Shown: positions 1 to 9,668 of the stretch, piece by piece
Layout: every line of letters begins with the position of its first letter
Numbering within the stretch: position 1 is the first letter of the stretch
Assembly: GCA_038523235.1 (NCBI GenBank)
Contig: JBCBJQ010000017.1
Span: 1-64,000, forward strand
From: Cyanobacteria bacterium J06626_4
GTDB lineage: Bacteria > Cyanobacteriota > Cyanobacteriia > Phormidesmidales > Phormidesmidaceae
Length of the DNA stretch: 64,000 nucleotides
Direction: 5' to 3'
Position numbers and translations under genes: made by a program
The notes under the pieces: model-generated
Told to the model about the DNA's origin: nothing
The model's database searches: none
The model's input: the letters and a program-made list of their open reading frames with translations, nothing else

Positions 1-352
1 TTACAAGTCGCTTGACATGGTAAATCTTAAGAAAATATAAAGCGCAAGTAATACAAACGTTGCGTTGACAGGTCATACCCCCTTCAGCGCACAATGTAGC
101 GACTGGTTGAGGTGAATCACTTTTGTGCCTAAGGCTAATCGTTAACCCATTAATGATGGAAGTCATCACAGGTAATCTATCTCCGATTCATTCCCAGCTA
201 GGTTGACCCGAGTTTAGGGTTAAAAGCTTTTTTGTGAATTTAATAGGTGCAGGGTGTGAGTCTGTGACGAAGTTCGTTTTGTCATGCCAATTTTTAGTCG
301 CAAAAAATAGCTTGATTTATACAAACGTTAATTATCAACTGGGAGTTTGAAT

Positions 353-553
353 ATGCACCGCCGGATCAGCATCCTCTCTGAAATCCCTGAAGAACTGCAC
401 AATTCTCTCGCTGACTTTTTGGACGGTCATCCGACTTGGGATCAAGATCGCGTGTTTTCCGCTGCTGTTTCGTTGTTTCTTTTGCAGAATGGGCGAAAGG
501 ACAGCGTCACTTCTCGTATCTACTTAGATACGCTATTTGATGTCGCGGCTTAG
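353..553 (+). CDS. DUF2811 family small protein
   Basis: ISILSEIPEELHNSLADFLDGHPTWDQDRVFSAAVSLFLLQNG matches the cyanobacterial DUF2811 pattern; ATG at 353 after GGGAG. Confidence 0.8.
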   Translation: MHRRISILSEIPEELHNSLADFLDGHPTWDQDRVFSAAVSLFLLQNGRKDSVTSRIYLDTLFDVAA

Positions 554-567
554 GTCGTAGAATGACG

Positions 568-606
568 CCTGTTCTGGCATGATTTTGACGATCGCGCCAG
601 AACAGG
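568..606. terminator. Inverted repeat between convergent genes, probable terminator
   Basis: CCTGTTCTGGC (568-578) / GCCAGAACAGG (596-606), perfect 11-bp stem. Confidence 0.55.
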
Positions 607-679
607 TGATAGAAAGCTTAAGTCGAAAAGTTCACTTTCTCAATCGGGACTGTTTTCTGTGAATGGTCTGGCGCTCGTC

Positions 680-1588
680 TTAGCAACGGCATGCATTTAG
701 CAGGGTGGGGGCAATGCTGGTTAAATCAGTTGCCGCTGCAAAATTGATGGCTTGGGGGCCAACCACAATGAGCGGTACCGGATTAAAGGTATGGCGTTTC
801 GTCGATAAATCTTCGATGTTGCCGTGATCGCTGGTGATGACTATGGTCACATTCGCGGCTAGATTTTCCACAAGGTTTTCCACAAAGCGATCAATCTGCT
901 GCAGCACTGCGATCGCTGCCGACCAGTCTTGCTGATGGCCCACATAGTCCGGCGCAAAGCATTCAAACAGAGTGAATGTATAGCGACGCCCCAATTGCGC
1001 CAATCGTCTTCCTGCTTCCTGAGGTGTAATCGGGGGTGCGGCAATGCCCCGAAAGCGGGCATGCTCGCCGGTAATATCCCAAAAGATGGCTTCCCCCTGC
1101 TCATATTCGCTTTGCATCCGAAAAGGCAAACCGGCAGTGAGATTGAGCAGCGTACCGACGGCATAGCGAATGCGCCGCTGGGCGATCGCCTCAAAATAGG
1201 CGGGCGAATATAGATTAGCTAGGGTGGCGGTGCCGCCATGAGCCATCACCTGCTTGAACAACCCGTGGGCCGCAATCAGATGCCGCAGTGAGCCGTTAGC
1301 AAACCCGGTCTGATGCTGACCGCGAAACTGAGCGGCATTTTGTCCAGTGTAGAGGGTGGTTTGGCCAGTGGCGCTCTGGGGTAAGCCCGGCACGCCCAGG
1401 CAAGCGTCAATAGGCTGCGCGACCAGCTGTGGCTGCATGACGTTGAGCCCTACGGTCAGCGAATGCTCCAATAGGCTAGCCAAAAAGGGCGTATGAGCAG
1501 CTGCAGTCAGCGGATTGGCCGGCTGAATTGAGCCCAGACCGACCCCATCAAGAAATATCAGAATAAAGTGGGGGCGATCGCCAGTCAT
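680..1588 (-). CDS. Metalloenzyme / alkaline-phosphatase-superfamily protein (phosphoglycerate mutase/phosphopentomutase-like)
   Basis: FLDGVGLG, GLPQSATGQT, DYVGH, TSDHGN and KRHT metal-binding motifs. Confidence 0.8.
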   Translation of the reverse strand: MTGDRPHFILIFLDGVGLGSIQPANPLTAAAHTPFLASLLEHSLTVGLNVMQPQLVAQPIDACLGVPGLPQSATGQTTLYTGQNAAQFRGQHQTGFANGSLRHLIAAHGLFKQVMAHGGTATLANLYSPAYFEAIAQRRIRYAVGTLLNLTAGLPFRMQSEYEQGEAIFWDITGEHARFRGIAAPPITPQEAGRRLAQLGRRYTFTLFECFAPDYVGHQQDWSAAIAVLQQIDRFVENLVENLAANVTIVITSDHGNIEDLSTKRHTFNPVPLIVVGPQAINFAAATDLTSIAPTLLNACRC

Positions 1589-1718
1589 CGGGTCAACCTA
1601 TTGCGAAAGTCATCGACATCAGAATCAGAGCGCAGGTGATACCTAGCCCGTTGGAGCAGAGCAGTTGGGGATGTGAGTGGTTAAAGCGAATTCATGCCAG
1701 TTTGATCTGCCTGTGAAT

Positions 1719-1798
1719 GGCTAACGATCACGTTCAGCGGATGTAACTTTTTTGAACCCGAGCAAAGCCCTAGCACGTTCGCTGCAGCACAGTTATTT
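1719..1798 (-). mobile_element. Integron attC-like recombination site (solitary)
   Basis: Minus strand, 12 nt after the stop of the 1811-2683 gene: AAATAAC-TGT-GCTGCAGCGAA...TCCGCTGAAC-GTGATC-GTTAGCC, i.e. TAAC / L'' with extra G / L' / GTTA arrangement, 80 bp. Confidence 0.6.
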
Positions 1799-1810
1799 GC
1801 TGGCAAGGCC

Positions 1811-2683
1811 TCATCGATCGGCTGCGCTAAATTTCCATGGCTGCTGCCTCCACCCTAATCTTCGTTTTGCTGCTGATGTATCCACTTGCGGTAGATTAGC
1901 CTCCACCAGCTCTACAGTTTCTCTAACCAGCGCTTCAAGCTGATTGACCGCTATTGAAGGTTCTTGACAAAACAGCCTTTCCAGACGAATGGCAAAATTC
2001 TCCGGCGCAATCTCCATTTGTTCAATAAACCTGTTCATCCGCTTGAACTGAAATGTCGAATAATACAAGCGGTTCAACCCGGACAGCACGCCGAGCAGAT
2101 TTTGGGCTGACTCAACCAAGATTTGATAGTACCAAAGCGTCGTATCTCGCTTGGCGAACTTTTCCTGCATTCCCCAAATTGCGAAGAACTTCAGGTAATG
2201 TTCAACCATCTTCTGTGCGAGTTCGTCGGGATAATTCGCTACTGTGGCTTGCCAGCGCTGAATGAGGGTCTCACCGTATAGTGGAATGCCCACCAGCGTG
2301 CCGGACAACGCTTTTACTAACGGGGATTGAATGTCGTGTCCTCCCAAAATGTTTGAGATATCTTGCTCCCATTGGGCGATCGTCACATGGCCAAACTGGC
2401 ACTCAACACCGTTCACAAGATAGCTCTCAGCAAATCCTCCCTCCTGGCGATCGCCCAACACCCAGAGCCGTTCTGAACCTTGATTCTGTTGACGTGCAAG
2501 CTGTAATTCTTCGTCGGAAGGTAATTCGTCGTAATAGATGCTCATGTCACAATCGGAGTATTCATCACACAGCCCTTCTGCAACCGAGCCTGCAACCATT
2601 GCTGCTTTAGTTTTGGGATTAGCAATGTAAGCTTTGACATTGCGTTTTGCTAGTTCCAATAAATATTGAGTTCTATTGTTCAT
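1811..2683 (-). CDS. Nucleotidyltransferase-superfamily protein (DUF4037-like), probable acquired gene
   Basis: AGSVAEGLCDEYSDCD is the Pol-beta-type GS...DxD motif; visibly AT-richer than neighbours; start taken at MNNRTQ (2683). Confidence 0.7.
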   Translation of the reverse strand: MNNRTQYLLELAKRNVKAYIANPKTKAAMVAGSVAEGLCDEYSDCDMSIYYDELPSDEELQLARQQNQGSERLWVLGDRQEGGFAESYLVNGVECQFGHVTIAQWEQDISNILGGHDIQSPLVKALSGTLVGIPLYGETLIQRWQATVANYPDELAQKMVEHYLKFFAIWGMQEKFAKRDTTLWYYQILVESAQNLLGVLSGLNRLYYSTFQFKRMNRFIEQMEIAPENFAIRLERLFCQEPSIAVNQLEALVRETVELVEANLPQVDTSAAKRRLGWRQQPWKFSAADR

Positions 2684-2806
2684 GGATTGTCGTGCTTTGG
2701 ATGAGGCGGTATATCCATGATGCAACATTGAATTTTGCGGGCTACAGTTAACCCCGATGACCAGTTGCTCGACGCTGCACGATGCCTGAGCCTGTCGCCA
2801 TCACCT

Positions 2807-4357
2807 TCACTCAGAAATGTCGGATAGAGAAGTGTGTCCTAAATCCGTCAGCGATCGCGGCACTCTGTCCAACGTCTCGACGGTCTCCAGTTCGTCCCCC
2901 GAAGCCGCGCCCAAATCTTTGAATTTGCGAGCCGTCACCAGTACCCGCGACTCTAGCGAACCGACGACTTTATTAAACGCATCAACGCTGCTGTCTAAGC
3001 CCCGACGCAGCTTGCCCATGTGGGAAATTAGGGTATAAGTGCGATCGTACAGTTCTTTGCCTAACGTGCTGATCTGCTGCGCATTTTCGGCCAGCTTTTC
3101 TTGCCGCCAGCCGTAGGCAACGGCTTTGAGCAGAGCAATTAGAGTCGTTGGCGTGGCCAGAATCACCCGCTGCTCCACTCCAAATTCAATCAGGCCCGGA
3201 TCTTGCTCTAGCGCCGCGCTAAAAAAGGTCTCTCCCGGCAAAAACAGCACCACAAACTCGGGCGCGGGCTGAAACTGCTCCCAATAGCCTTTGCTGCCGA
3301 GCTGGGTCAAGTGGGTGCGAATTTGCCGGGCGTGGTGCTGCAGGCGATCGCGCTTACCGCTTTCATCCGTCATTTCTAGCGCCTCTAGATAAGCCTGCAG
3401 CGGCGCTTTGGAATCCACCACAATCTGCCGCTGGTTGGGCAGCTGAATGACCATGTCGGGGCGCAATCGGCCCGCGTCGGTCTCGGCAGTGGCCTGTTGT
3501 CGAAAATCGCAGTATTCCACCATGCCCGCCATTTCGACGACCCGCTGCAGCTGAATCTCGCCCCACCGGCCTCGCACCGTGGGAGATCGCAGCGCCTTAA
3601 CCAAGTTGGCAGTTTCGCCCTGCAGTTGCGTTTGCGCCACCGCCAAAGATTTGACCTGTTCGGTCAGGGTGCTGTAAGCCTTGGTGCGAGACGTTTCTAG
3701 CTCTCTGAGGTGGCCGCTTACCTGCTGCAGCGACTGGTGTAGGGGATTCACCAACGCCGCGATCGCAGCCTGTCGCTGGCCCAAGTCTCCCTGAGCCTGA
3801 CTCTGAAACTTGGCCAAAATTGTCTCGGCCAGCTGCATAAATGACTGTGAGTTGCGCTGCAGGGCATCCGCTGATAGCGCCTTAAACGCATCGGTGAGCC
3901 GCTGCTGGGCCTGATCTAACAGCGCCTGCTTTTCTTGGCCTAGTGCTTGCTCTTGCTGTAGTCGGGTTTGCGCTTCGGTTAGCTGCGATCGCACGGTGAC
4001 GTAACTCTGCTGCAGGTGCTGCAGGTGGATATCGCGCTCCTGTAGTTGCTGTTTGATCTGGGTGATTTGCTCGAGCTGAGCTTCGGCAGTGGCGCGCAGG
4101 GTGGCCTCTTGCCGCCAGCTGCTCTGAGCGGTTTCTAGGCGCATTTCTCGATCTTGTACCGTGGCCTGCAGGTCTTGAATCTGCCGCTCTTGTTGCTGCA
4201 GCCGCTCGTAGGCGCTGGCTCGGTCGGCTACGACATCTGTTTTGGCTCGATCGCGAATGGTTTGCACCCGCTGTTGAAACAGGAGAGTCGCGATCGCCCC
4301 GCCTAATGCCAACCCCACCAGGCCCCACAGTAAACCCTGCACCGCATCACTCCGCAT
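2807..4357 (-). CDS. rmuC: DNA recombination protein RmuC
   Basis: N-terminal TM, long coiled coil, [46 protein letters not shown]. Confidence 0.92.
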   Translation of the reverse strand: MRSDAVQGLLWGLVGLALGGAIATLLFQQRVQTIRDRAKTDVVADRASAYERLQQQERQIQDLQATVQDREMRLETAQSSWRQEATLRATAEAQLEQITQIKQQLQERDIHLQHLQQSYVTVRSQLTEAQTRLQQEQALGQEKQALLDQAQQRLTDAFKALSADALQRNSQSFMQLAETILAKFQSQAQGDLGQRQAAIAALVNPLHQSLQQVSGHLRELETSRTKAYSTLTEQVKSLAVAQTQLQGETANLVKALRSPTVRGRWGEIQLQRVVEMAGMVEYCDFRQQATAETDAGRLRPDMVIQLPNQRQIVVDSKAPLQAYLEALEMTDESGKRDRLQHHARQIRTHLTQLGSKGYWEQFQPAPEFVVLFLPGETFFSAALEQDPGLIEFGVEQRVILATPTTLIALLKAVAYGWRQEKLAENAQQISTLGKELYDRTYTLISHMGKLRRGLDSSVDAFNKVVGSLESRVLVTARKFKDLGAASGDELETVETLDRVPRSLTDLGHTSLSDISE

Positions 4358-4427
4358 TTGAGTGCTCTTACGGTAACAACATTTGTACTAATTCTCAACG
4401 CCTGCCTCTCAAGCCAAGCACTATGCT

Positions 4428-4925
4428 TCAGCCATCCTTATCGGCATCGTCCTCTTGAGCCATCGAAGACTCGCCAGGTGACGGCTCTGGACGCGATGCC
4501 AGAGAGCGCCTTTCGGTATTCATCACTTTGCCGGTGCCGAACAGCCGCCGGGTGCAATAAATCCAGGCGCCGCCCAAAATGGGCACCGACGGCATCACAA
4601 TCAACCACGCTACCGACGGCGCTGCGGGGGGTGGGGCAGAGCGACTGCTAGCAGGTGCAGCTGGTCGTTGGGCCGATATCCCAGCTGTTGTGAGCGGTGC
4701 TGAACTGAAGGAAGTGCTCACGGCAATAGGACGAGATCGCGACACTCCCAAACTCTCACAGCGGGCGGGCAAAGCCAGGGCTAGGGTGCCCACCCCACTG
4801 AGTAGCAGCAGGGCGGCAGCGTTGCGACTGAGGCATCGATACCAGCGGTGGGAAGCCACGACGAGAATCGGTAAAGCTTGAGTGGGCGGGTGAGATTGAG
4901 CTGGATCTCTCGGGGTTTGCGGCAC
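4428..4925 (-). CDS. Hypothetical membrane protein
   Basis: 165-aa ORF filling the gap, two hydrophobic segments and an Ala/Pro/Ser linker; no family recognised. Confidence 0.4.
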   Translation of the reverse strand: MPQTPRDPAQSHPPTQALPILVVASHRWYRCLSRNAAALLLLSGVGTLALALPARCESLGVSRSRPIAVSTSFSSAPLTTAGISAQRPAAPASSRSAPPPAAPSVAWLIVMPSVPILGGAWIYCTRRLFGTGKVMNTERRSLASRPEPSPGESSMAQEDDADKDG

Positions 4926-5075
4926 GGTTGATTACCCTTCGGCTGGTCAGGCTGTCAGCTCATTCTAAGGGCAGGCTTCATTCTCGATCCGGTGTCTAGC
5001 CGCCAATCTGCTATCCCTGTTCTGAGGCTGCCAGCGAGCGATAAGCGCCTTCCACAATGCGCTTAATGCCGTTTC

Positions 5076-6050
5076 TTAAACGGGAAACCACCATAGCCAG
5101 AGGGGGAGCGTCAACAGCAGCAGAGCCGAACTGACGCCGACACAGGTCACAGCCAGATCACGATCAAGGTTGAACGTCTCCGCCAACACCAGCGTGGCAA
5201 AGGCGGAAGGCATGCCCGCCTGCAGCACGATCACTAAACGCGGTGCGCCGGTAATGCTCACCAGCGTTAACAACCCTCCCACGAGGGCGGGGGCGATCGC
5301 TAGACGAATGACCGTAGCCTGCAAGGCCGGGGGCACCTGACGCCACGATCGCAGCTGCTGCAGCTGCATCCCCATGAGCACTAACGACAAAATCACCATC
5401 GACCAGGCAAAGCCCTGTAGGCCCCGATCTAACCAGACCGGAAACGCCACGGGGCGCAGCGCCAGCCCGAACAAAAACGCTGGAATCGTTGGGGCTTTGG
5501 CGAGCGCAATGAGACTCTGCTGCCAGGGTGCTCGCGATCGTGCCTGAGATTGACCCGCGCCATAATAGGTGCCAATCATTGCGCCCAAGCCATAGGCGGC
5601 AAATACCGTGCCGAGCAGGTCATAAAACACCGCCCAGCCAAAATAGGTCGTGCCCAACTGCGGCAAGAGCAAAATCACTGGGTAGCCAATGTACCCCGTA
5701 TTGCCCACCATTGAGGACAGCAAAAAAGCCCCTTTTGCCGGAGCCGGTCGGGACTGAGCCGATAGCTGGAGCCACAGCCACGCCAGCCCGAGGGCGATCG
5801 CAAAGGTGACCCAGGCCATCAACGGTGCCACCCAAACACCGCCCGACAAATCAGCCTGTCGCAAAAAATGGATCAGACTGCCCGGCACGCCTGCCCAAAA
5901 TAAAAATTGCCCTAAGTAGGTTGGTACCTGATGCTGTAGGGGTCGGTTGAGCACCTGCTGTAGCCGAGGCAACGACAGCACAAAACTGACAACGATGCCG
6001 AGCAAAACACCGCCACACAAAGGCAGATAAATCTGGGCCAAAAATCCCAC
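5076..6050 (-). CDS. AEC (auxin efflux carrier) family transporter
   Basis: About 10 TM segments, GNTGYIGYP and LQAGMPSAFATLVLAE motifs. Confidence 0.88.
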   Translation of the reverse strand: MGFLAQIYLPLCGGVLLGIVVSFVLSLPRLQQVLNRPLQHQVPTYLGQFLFWAGVPGSLIHFLRQADLSGGVWVAPLMAWVTFAIALGLAWLWLQLSAQSRPAPAKGAFLLSSMVGNTGYIGYPVILLLPQLGTTYFGWAVFYDLLGTVFAAYGLGAMIGTYYGAGQSQARSRAPWQQSLIALAKAPTIPAFLFGLALRPVAFPVWLDRGLQGFAWSMVILSLVLMGMQLQQLRSWRQVPPALQATVIRLAIAPALVGGLLTLVSITGAPRLVIVLQAGMPSAFATLVLAETFNLDRDLAVTCVGVSSALLLLTLPLWLWWFPV

Positions 6051-6197
6051 AGGCTACCAGTGATGGATGGCTCCAGCGTAATCTAAAGTAACGTTTGAGA
6101 AGAAAGATACCGATACTATTAATCAGGGGTTAAGCAGCAACTTCACGGTGATGGCTATAGCGCTTCCCCATCTCGCGTCCCGACGAGTCTGGGCTGA

Positions 6198-6223
6198 GCC
6201 AACCCGCTCCTGAGCGGGTTGGC
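6198..6223. terminator. GC-rich hairpin, possible terminator or stabiliser
   Basis: GCCAACCCGCTC-CT-GAGCGGGTTGGC, perfect 12-bp inverted repeat. Confidence 0.45.
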
Positions 6224-6292
6224 GATTGACCCTGCAGTCAAGATGAGATCAGCCTGTCGCTCAAACGGCGATCGCAGGTGACTGTTCGAACG

Positions 6293-6655
6293 CTAGAAAC
6301 TGTCTAGATCAAGCGCTTTGGAACCGCCTTGCTGCAGTTCTGACAAAATTACGCCGAGCTGCCGCCACACGAGCCAGGCCATAAAAGCGGTGAGGACGCT
6401 GCCTAGGGCGTAGCCCACCTTGGCCGAAAAGCCGAAGAATTGAATACCCGACGCCAGAGAGACACAAACGCCAATACAGATGCCCAAATACGGCAGCTGT
6501 AAAGAGAGGCCGCGAATGTCTTCTAAAGAACTGGCTCCCGGATCTTTAGCCCAGGCTTGCGTTGCCTGCTGCAGAGAGGCACTAAACGCTGAGCCTGCGG
6601 CGATTGCCGCTAAAAAACCCGCAAGGATCAAAATGTAGGGCGGCTGGGAGTACAC
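6293..6655 (-). CDS. Conserved cyanobacterial membrane protein
   Basis: Three hydrophobic segments; QPPY at the N-terminus and GGSKALDLD at the C-terminus. Confidence 0.7.
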   Translation of the reverse strand: MYSQPPYILILAGFLAAIAAGSAFSASLQQATQAWAKDPGASSLEDIRGLSLQLPYLGICIGVCVSLASGIQFFGFSAKVGYALGSVLTAFMAWLVWRQLGVILSELQQGGSKALDLDSF

Positions 6656-6730
6656 AGAAAACGACCTCTGGCTGAGACGAATTGGATAGAAAGTAAAACC
6701 TCTACTTATTATATCGGTCGCGGGGCGCGA

Positions 6731-8449
6731 TCAAGATGCCTTTGTGGGCTGCAAGCTGGCCGTCAAAGCGGCAACCGGCGGCGGCAATAAATCAGTGGCG
6801 CGTTCTACCGAGGTTTGTAAGATCGCGTTCCACGCGACGCCCAGCATTTTGGAAGGCGTGACGTCATCTTTCACGAGGTTCCACAGTTTTTGCACTTCTT
6901 CAGTGTGGAGGCGATTGTCTTCCGTAATTGCCATAATGAGGCGATTGCGAATGTATTGCCCATCTTCTGACACAAGGAATTGCAGCCCCAGGCTGGCCGT
7001 CGGCAAAATGTCAAAATCTTCGTCGTTTCGGGCAATTTGCAGCAGATTTTCTAAGCGCTGCCACTGGAATTTTCCGTCCTTAAACAGCACCTCTAGCAGA
7101 CGACGGCGCAACGAGGGTGTCTCACCCCGGAGCAACCGTCGGGCAATATAAGGGTAGGCAATATCGACAATCTTGAAGTCGGGATTGAGGCTCAGTGCCA
7201 CCCCTTCTTGAGTCACCAGTGAGCGGATAATCAGCGCAAACTTTGCCGGTACGCGGAAGGGATAGTCGTACATCAACTCCGAGAAGCGATCGGTGGTGGT
7301 TTTGAAGTTAAAGTCTCGGACTTTCGCTCCCAGCGCATCCCCTAGTACCATTTCCAGTGCCGGAATAATCGGTTGAATATCGGTATCGGGCGTGAGGAAG
7401 CCCAGCTTGACGAAATCCGTCGCTAAGTTTGAATAATCTTGATTGATCAGGTGCACCACCGCATCTACCAGGGTTTCCTTGGTTTCTTGACCCAGCTGAT
7501 CCATCATGCCGAAATCAATGTAGGCCATGCGACCATCGGCCATCGCGAAGAGATTACCGGGGTGCGGATCAGCGTGAAAGAAGCCATATTCCAAGAGCTG
7601 CTGTAGGCCTGAGGTGACGCCCGCTTCAATCAGGTCGTTGGTGTCGAGCGAGGCGGCTTGAATTTTGTCAATATCCGTCAGCTTAAAGCCATGGATCCAT
7701 TCCAGAGTCAAGACTTTATGGGTGCTGTAGCGCCAATAAATGCTCGGCACCTTGATATTTGGGTCATCTTGAAAATTAGCCGCAAACAGTTCGGCATTAC
7801 GGCCTTCATTCTGATAGTCAATTTCTTCGAACAGCTTGGTGCCAAACTCATCCACAATGAGAATCAAGTTGTGGCCTAAGTTCAGCGGTAGTAGCGGGCC
7901 TAACACCCGAGCTGCAAACCGCATGATGAACAGGTCACAAGTGATGATTGGTAACAGATGTGGGCGCTGTACCTTGATCGCTACCTCATCACCGTTATAG
8001 AGCCGTCCCTGATAGACCTGCCCTAAACTGGCCGCAGCAACCGGCAGAGGAGAAATTTCGCTGAAAACTTCTTCGACTGTGTAGCCCAATTCCCGCTCGA
8101 CGATGGCCATGGCTAAGTCAGTCGAAAATGGGGGCAGCTGATCTTGCAGTTTGGTCAGCTCTTCTAAAAAGTCTTTGCGCACCAGGTCAGGACGAGTGGA
8201 GAGCGCTTGGCCGACTTTGATGAACGTTGGCCCCAAGCGCGTCAGCAATTGCCGCAGCTGCACTGCCCGTTTCTCTAAATTTCTGTGTTCGTTACCCAAC
8301 CAGCGATCGCTCTGCAAGCCTAAGACAAAACTACCCACCCACCAGAGCACTTGTATTGAACGCCAGAGTACTTTCCAGGGGCGGCGGCTGTAAAACTTCG
8401 CCACGACAGCCGGATCATAGATTTTGGAGCGAAATAGCGAAGCCTGCAT
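6731..8449 (-). CDS. ABC1/AarF/UbiB atypical kinase
   Basis: LGPTFIKVGQALSTRPD, AAASLGQVY, VAIKVQRP, FFHADPHPGN, IDFGMM; start taken at MQASLF. Confidence 0.92.
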   Translation of the reverse strand: MQASLFRSKIYDPAVVAKFYSRRPWKVLWRSIQVLWWVGSFVLGLQSDRWLGNEHRNLEKRAVQLRQLLTRLGPTFIKVGQALSTRPDLVRKDFLEELTKLQDQLPPFSTDLAMAIVERELGYTVEEVFSEISPLPVAAASLGQVYQGRLYNGDEVAIKVQRPHLLPIITCDLFIMRFAARVLGPLLPLNLGHNLILIVDEFGTKLFEEIDYQNEGRNAELFAANFQDDPNIKVPSIYWRYSTHKVLTLEWIHGFKLTDIDKIQAASLDTNDLIEAGVTSGLQQLLEYGFFHADPHPGNLFAMADGRMAYIDFGMMDQLGQETKETLVDAVVHLINQDYSNLATDFVKLGFLTPDTDIQPIIPALEMVLGDALGAKVRDFNFKTTTDRFSELMYDYPFRVPAKFALIIRSLVTQEGVALSLNPDFKIVDIAYPYIARRLLRGETPSLRRRLLEVLFKDGKFQWQRLENLLQIARNDEDFDILPTASLGLQFLVSEDGQYIRNRLIMAITEDNRLHTEEVQKLWNLVKDDVTPSKMLGVAWNAILQTSVERATDLLPPPVAALTASLQPTKAS

Positions 8450-8682
8450 TACGAAACCCTTGCCTCTTATGGATAAAAACCCACCAAATCCGCTTGAGTG
8501 CAAGCGGAGAGCGCATCCAGGAAATTAGTAATTTCAGAATTTCACTGATATCGGCTGGTCGGCATCGTCCCGTTACATGACAGGGAATCAGGATGCGCAT
8601 TTCAGCGCTCTTAACAATAGTATAGAAAAATACAGTTAATCTCTGTTGATCTTAAACATCTGTTAAGTAAGAGTCTTGGCGC

Positions 8683-8710
8683 TCATCCATTGATTCAATT
8701 CAATGAATGA
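8683..8710. promoter_or_regulatory. AT-rich inverted repeat in divergent promoter region (candidate operator)
   Basis: TCATCCATTGA-N6-TCAATGAATGA, 10/11 complementary. Confidence 0.35.
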
Positions 8711-8807
8711 TTTTTTTTCGTGGCTGAAAATAAATCCTGTACGCCTGTTGTCAGGCGATGTTAGGGGTAATCCAGTATGCTAGCGGCGTTACTTAAAGCG
8801 TTCTGCC

Positions 8808-9581
8808 GTGATTGAACTGGGTTTGCTGCAGTTGTCCTTGTCGCTGCTGTTTATGGTGGCCGCGATCGCCCTGGCCCGCTGGCAACAGTTAGGGCTCGAA
8901 CTCACCCTATTGAATGCCACTGCCCGTACGGCCTTTCAGCTGCTGGCGGTTGGCTATCTGCTGGCTATTGTGTTTGCCTGGCGCAATCCTTTAAGCATTT
9001 TGGCTGTATTGCTGGTGATGCTCGCGATCGCCACGGTGGTGGCCCGCAATCGCATTGGCAAGCGCTTGAGCAGACTGCTGCCGGTGTTGGCCGGCTCGCT
9101 ATTGGCCAGCACCGCCCTGACCGTGATTTACACTACGGGTTTTATCATTCGCCCAGAGGTTTGGTATGAGCCGCGATATGTGATTCCGTTGGCGGGGATT
9201 GTGCTGGGCAACGCTATGACGTCAGCTACCATCGCAGGCGATCGCTTGGTCAGCAATTTGAAACAAAATCAAGTCGAAATTGAGACCCATCTGAGCTTAG
9301 GGGCCACCCCCGCGCAGGCGATCGCGGCGTATCGCACAGCCGCGATCAAGGCGGGGTTAATTCCCACCATCAACGCCATGATGGTGGTCGGCATTGTTAA
9401 GCTGCCAGGCATTATTACGGGGCAATTGTTGGGGGGCGTTGATCCGCTCAATGCTGCGCTGTATCAGATGCTCATTATGTTTATGCTGGCCTTCTCCGAT
9501 CTGCTGGCGGCAATTCTGGTGACAAGCGGCATTCGTCGCCTATTTTTCAACGAGGCGGCGCAGTTGGTCGTACCTCGCTGA
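8808..9581 (+). CDS. fetB: Iron export ABC transporter permease FetB (UPF0014)
   Basis: RTAFQLLAVGYLL, WYEPRYVIPLAGIVLGNAM, LSLGAT, GIVKLPGIITGQLLGG. Confidence 0.85.
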   Translation: MIELGLLQLSLSLLFMVAAIALARWQQLGLELTLLNATARTAFQLLAVGYLLAIVFAWRNPLSILAVLLVMLAIATVVARNRIGKRLSRLLPVLAGSLLASTALTVIYTTGFIIRPEVWYEPRYVIPLAGIVLGNAMTSATIAGDRLVSNLKQNQVEIETHLSLGATPAQAIAAYRTAAIKAGLIPTINAMMVVGIVKLPGIITGQLLGGVDPLNAALYQMLIMFMLAFSDLLAAILVTSGIRRLFFNEAAQLVVPR

Positions 9582-9668
9582 GCCGCACAAACGTCTCTGC
9601 GGCTCGCCTCTACACAGGGGATGAGTTTGACTGGAGTTTAGGCAAATGATGGGTTGGCCCGGCGACTT

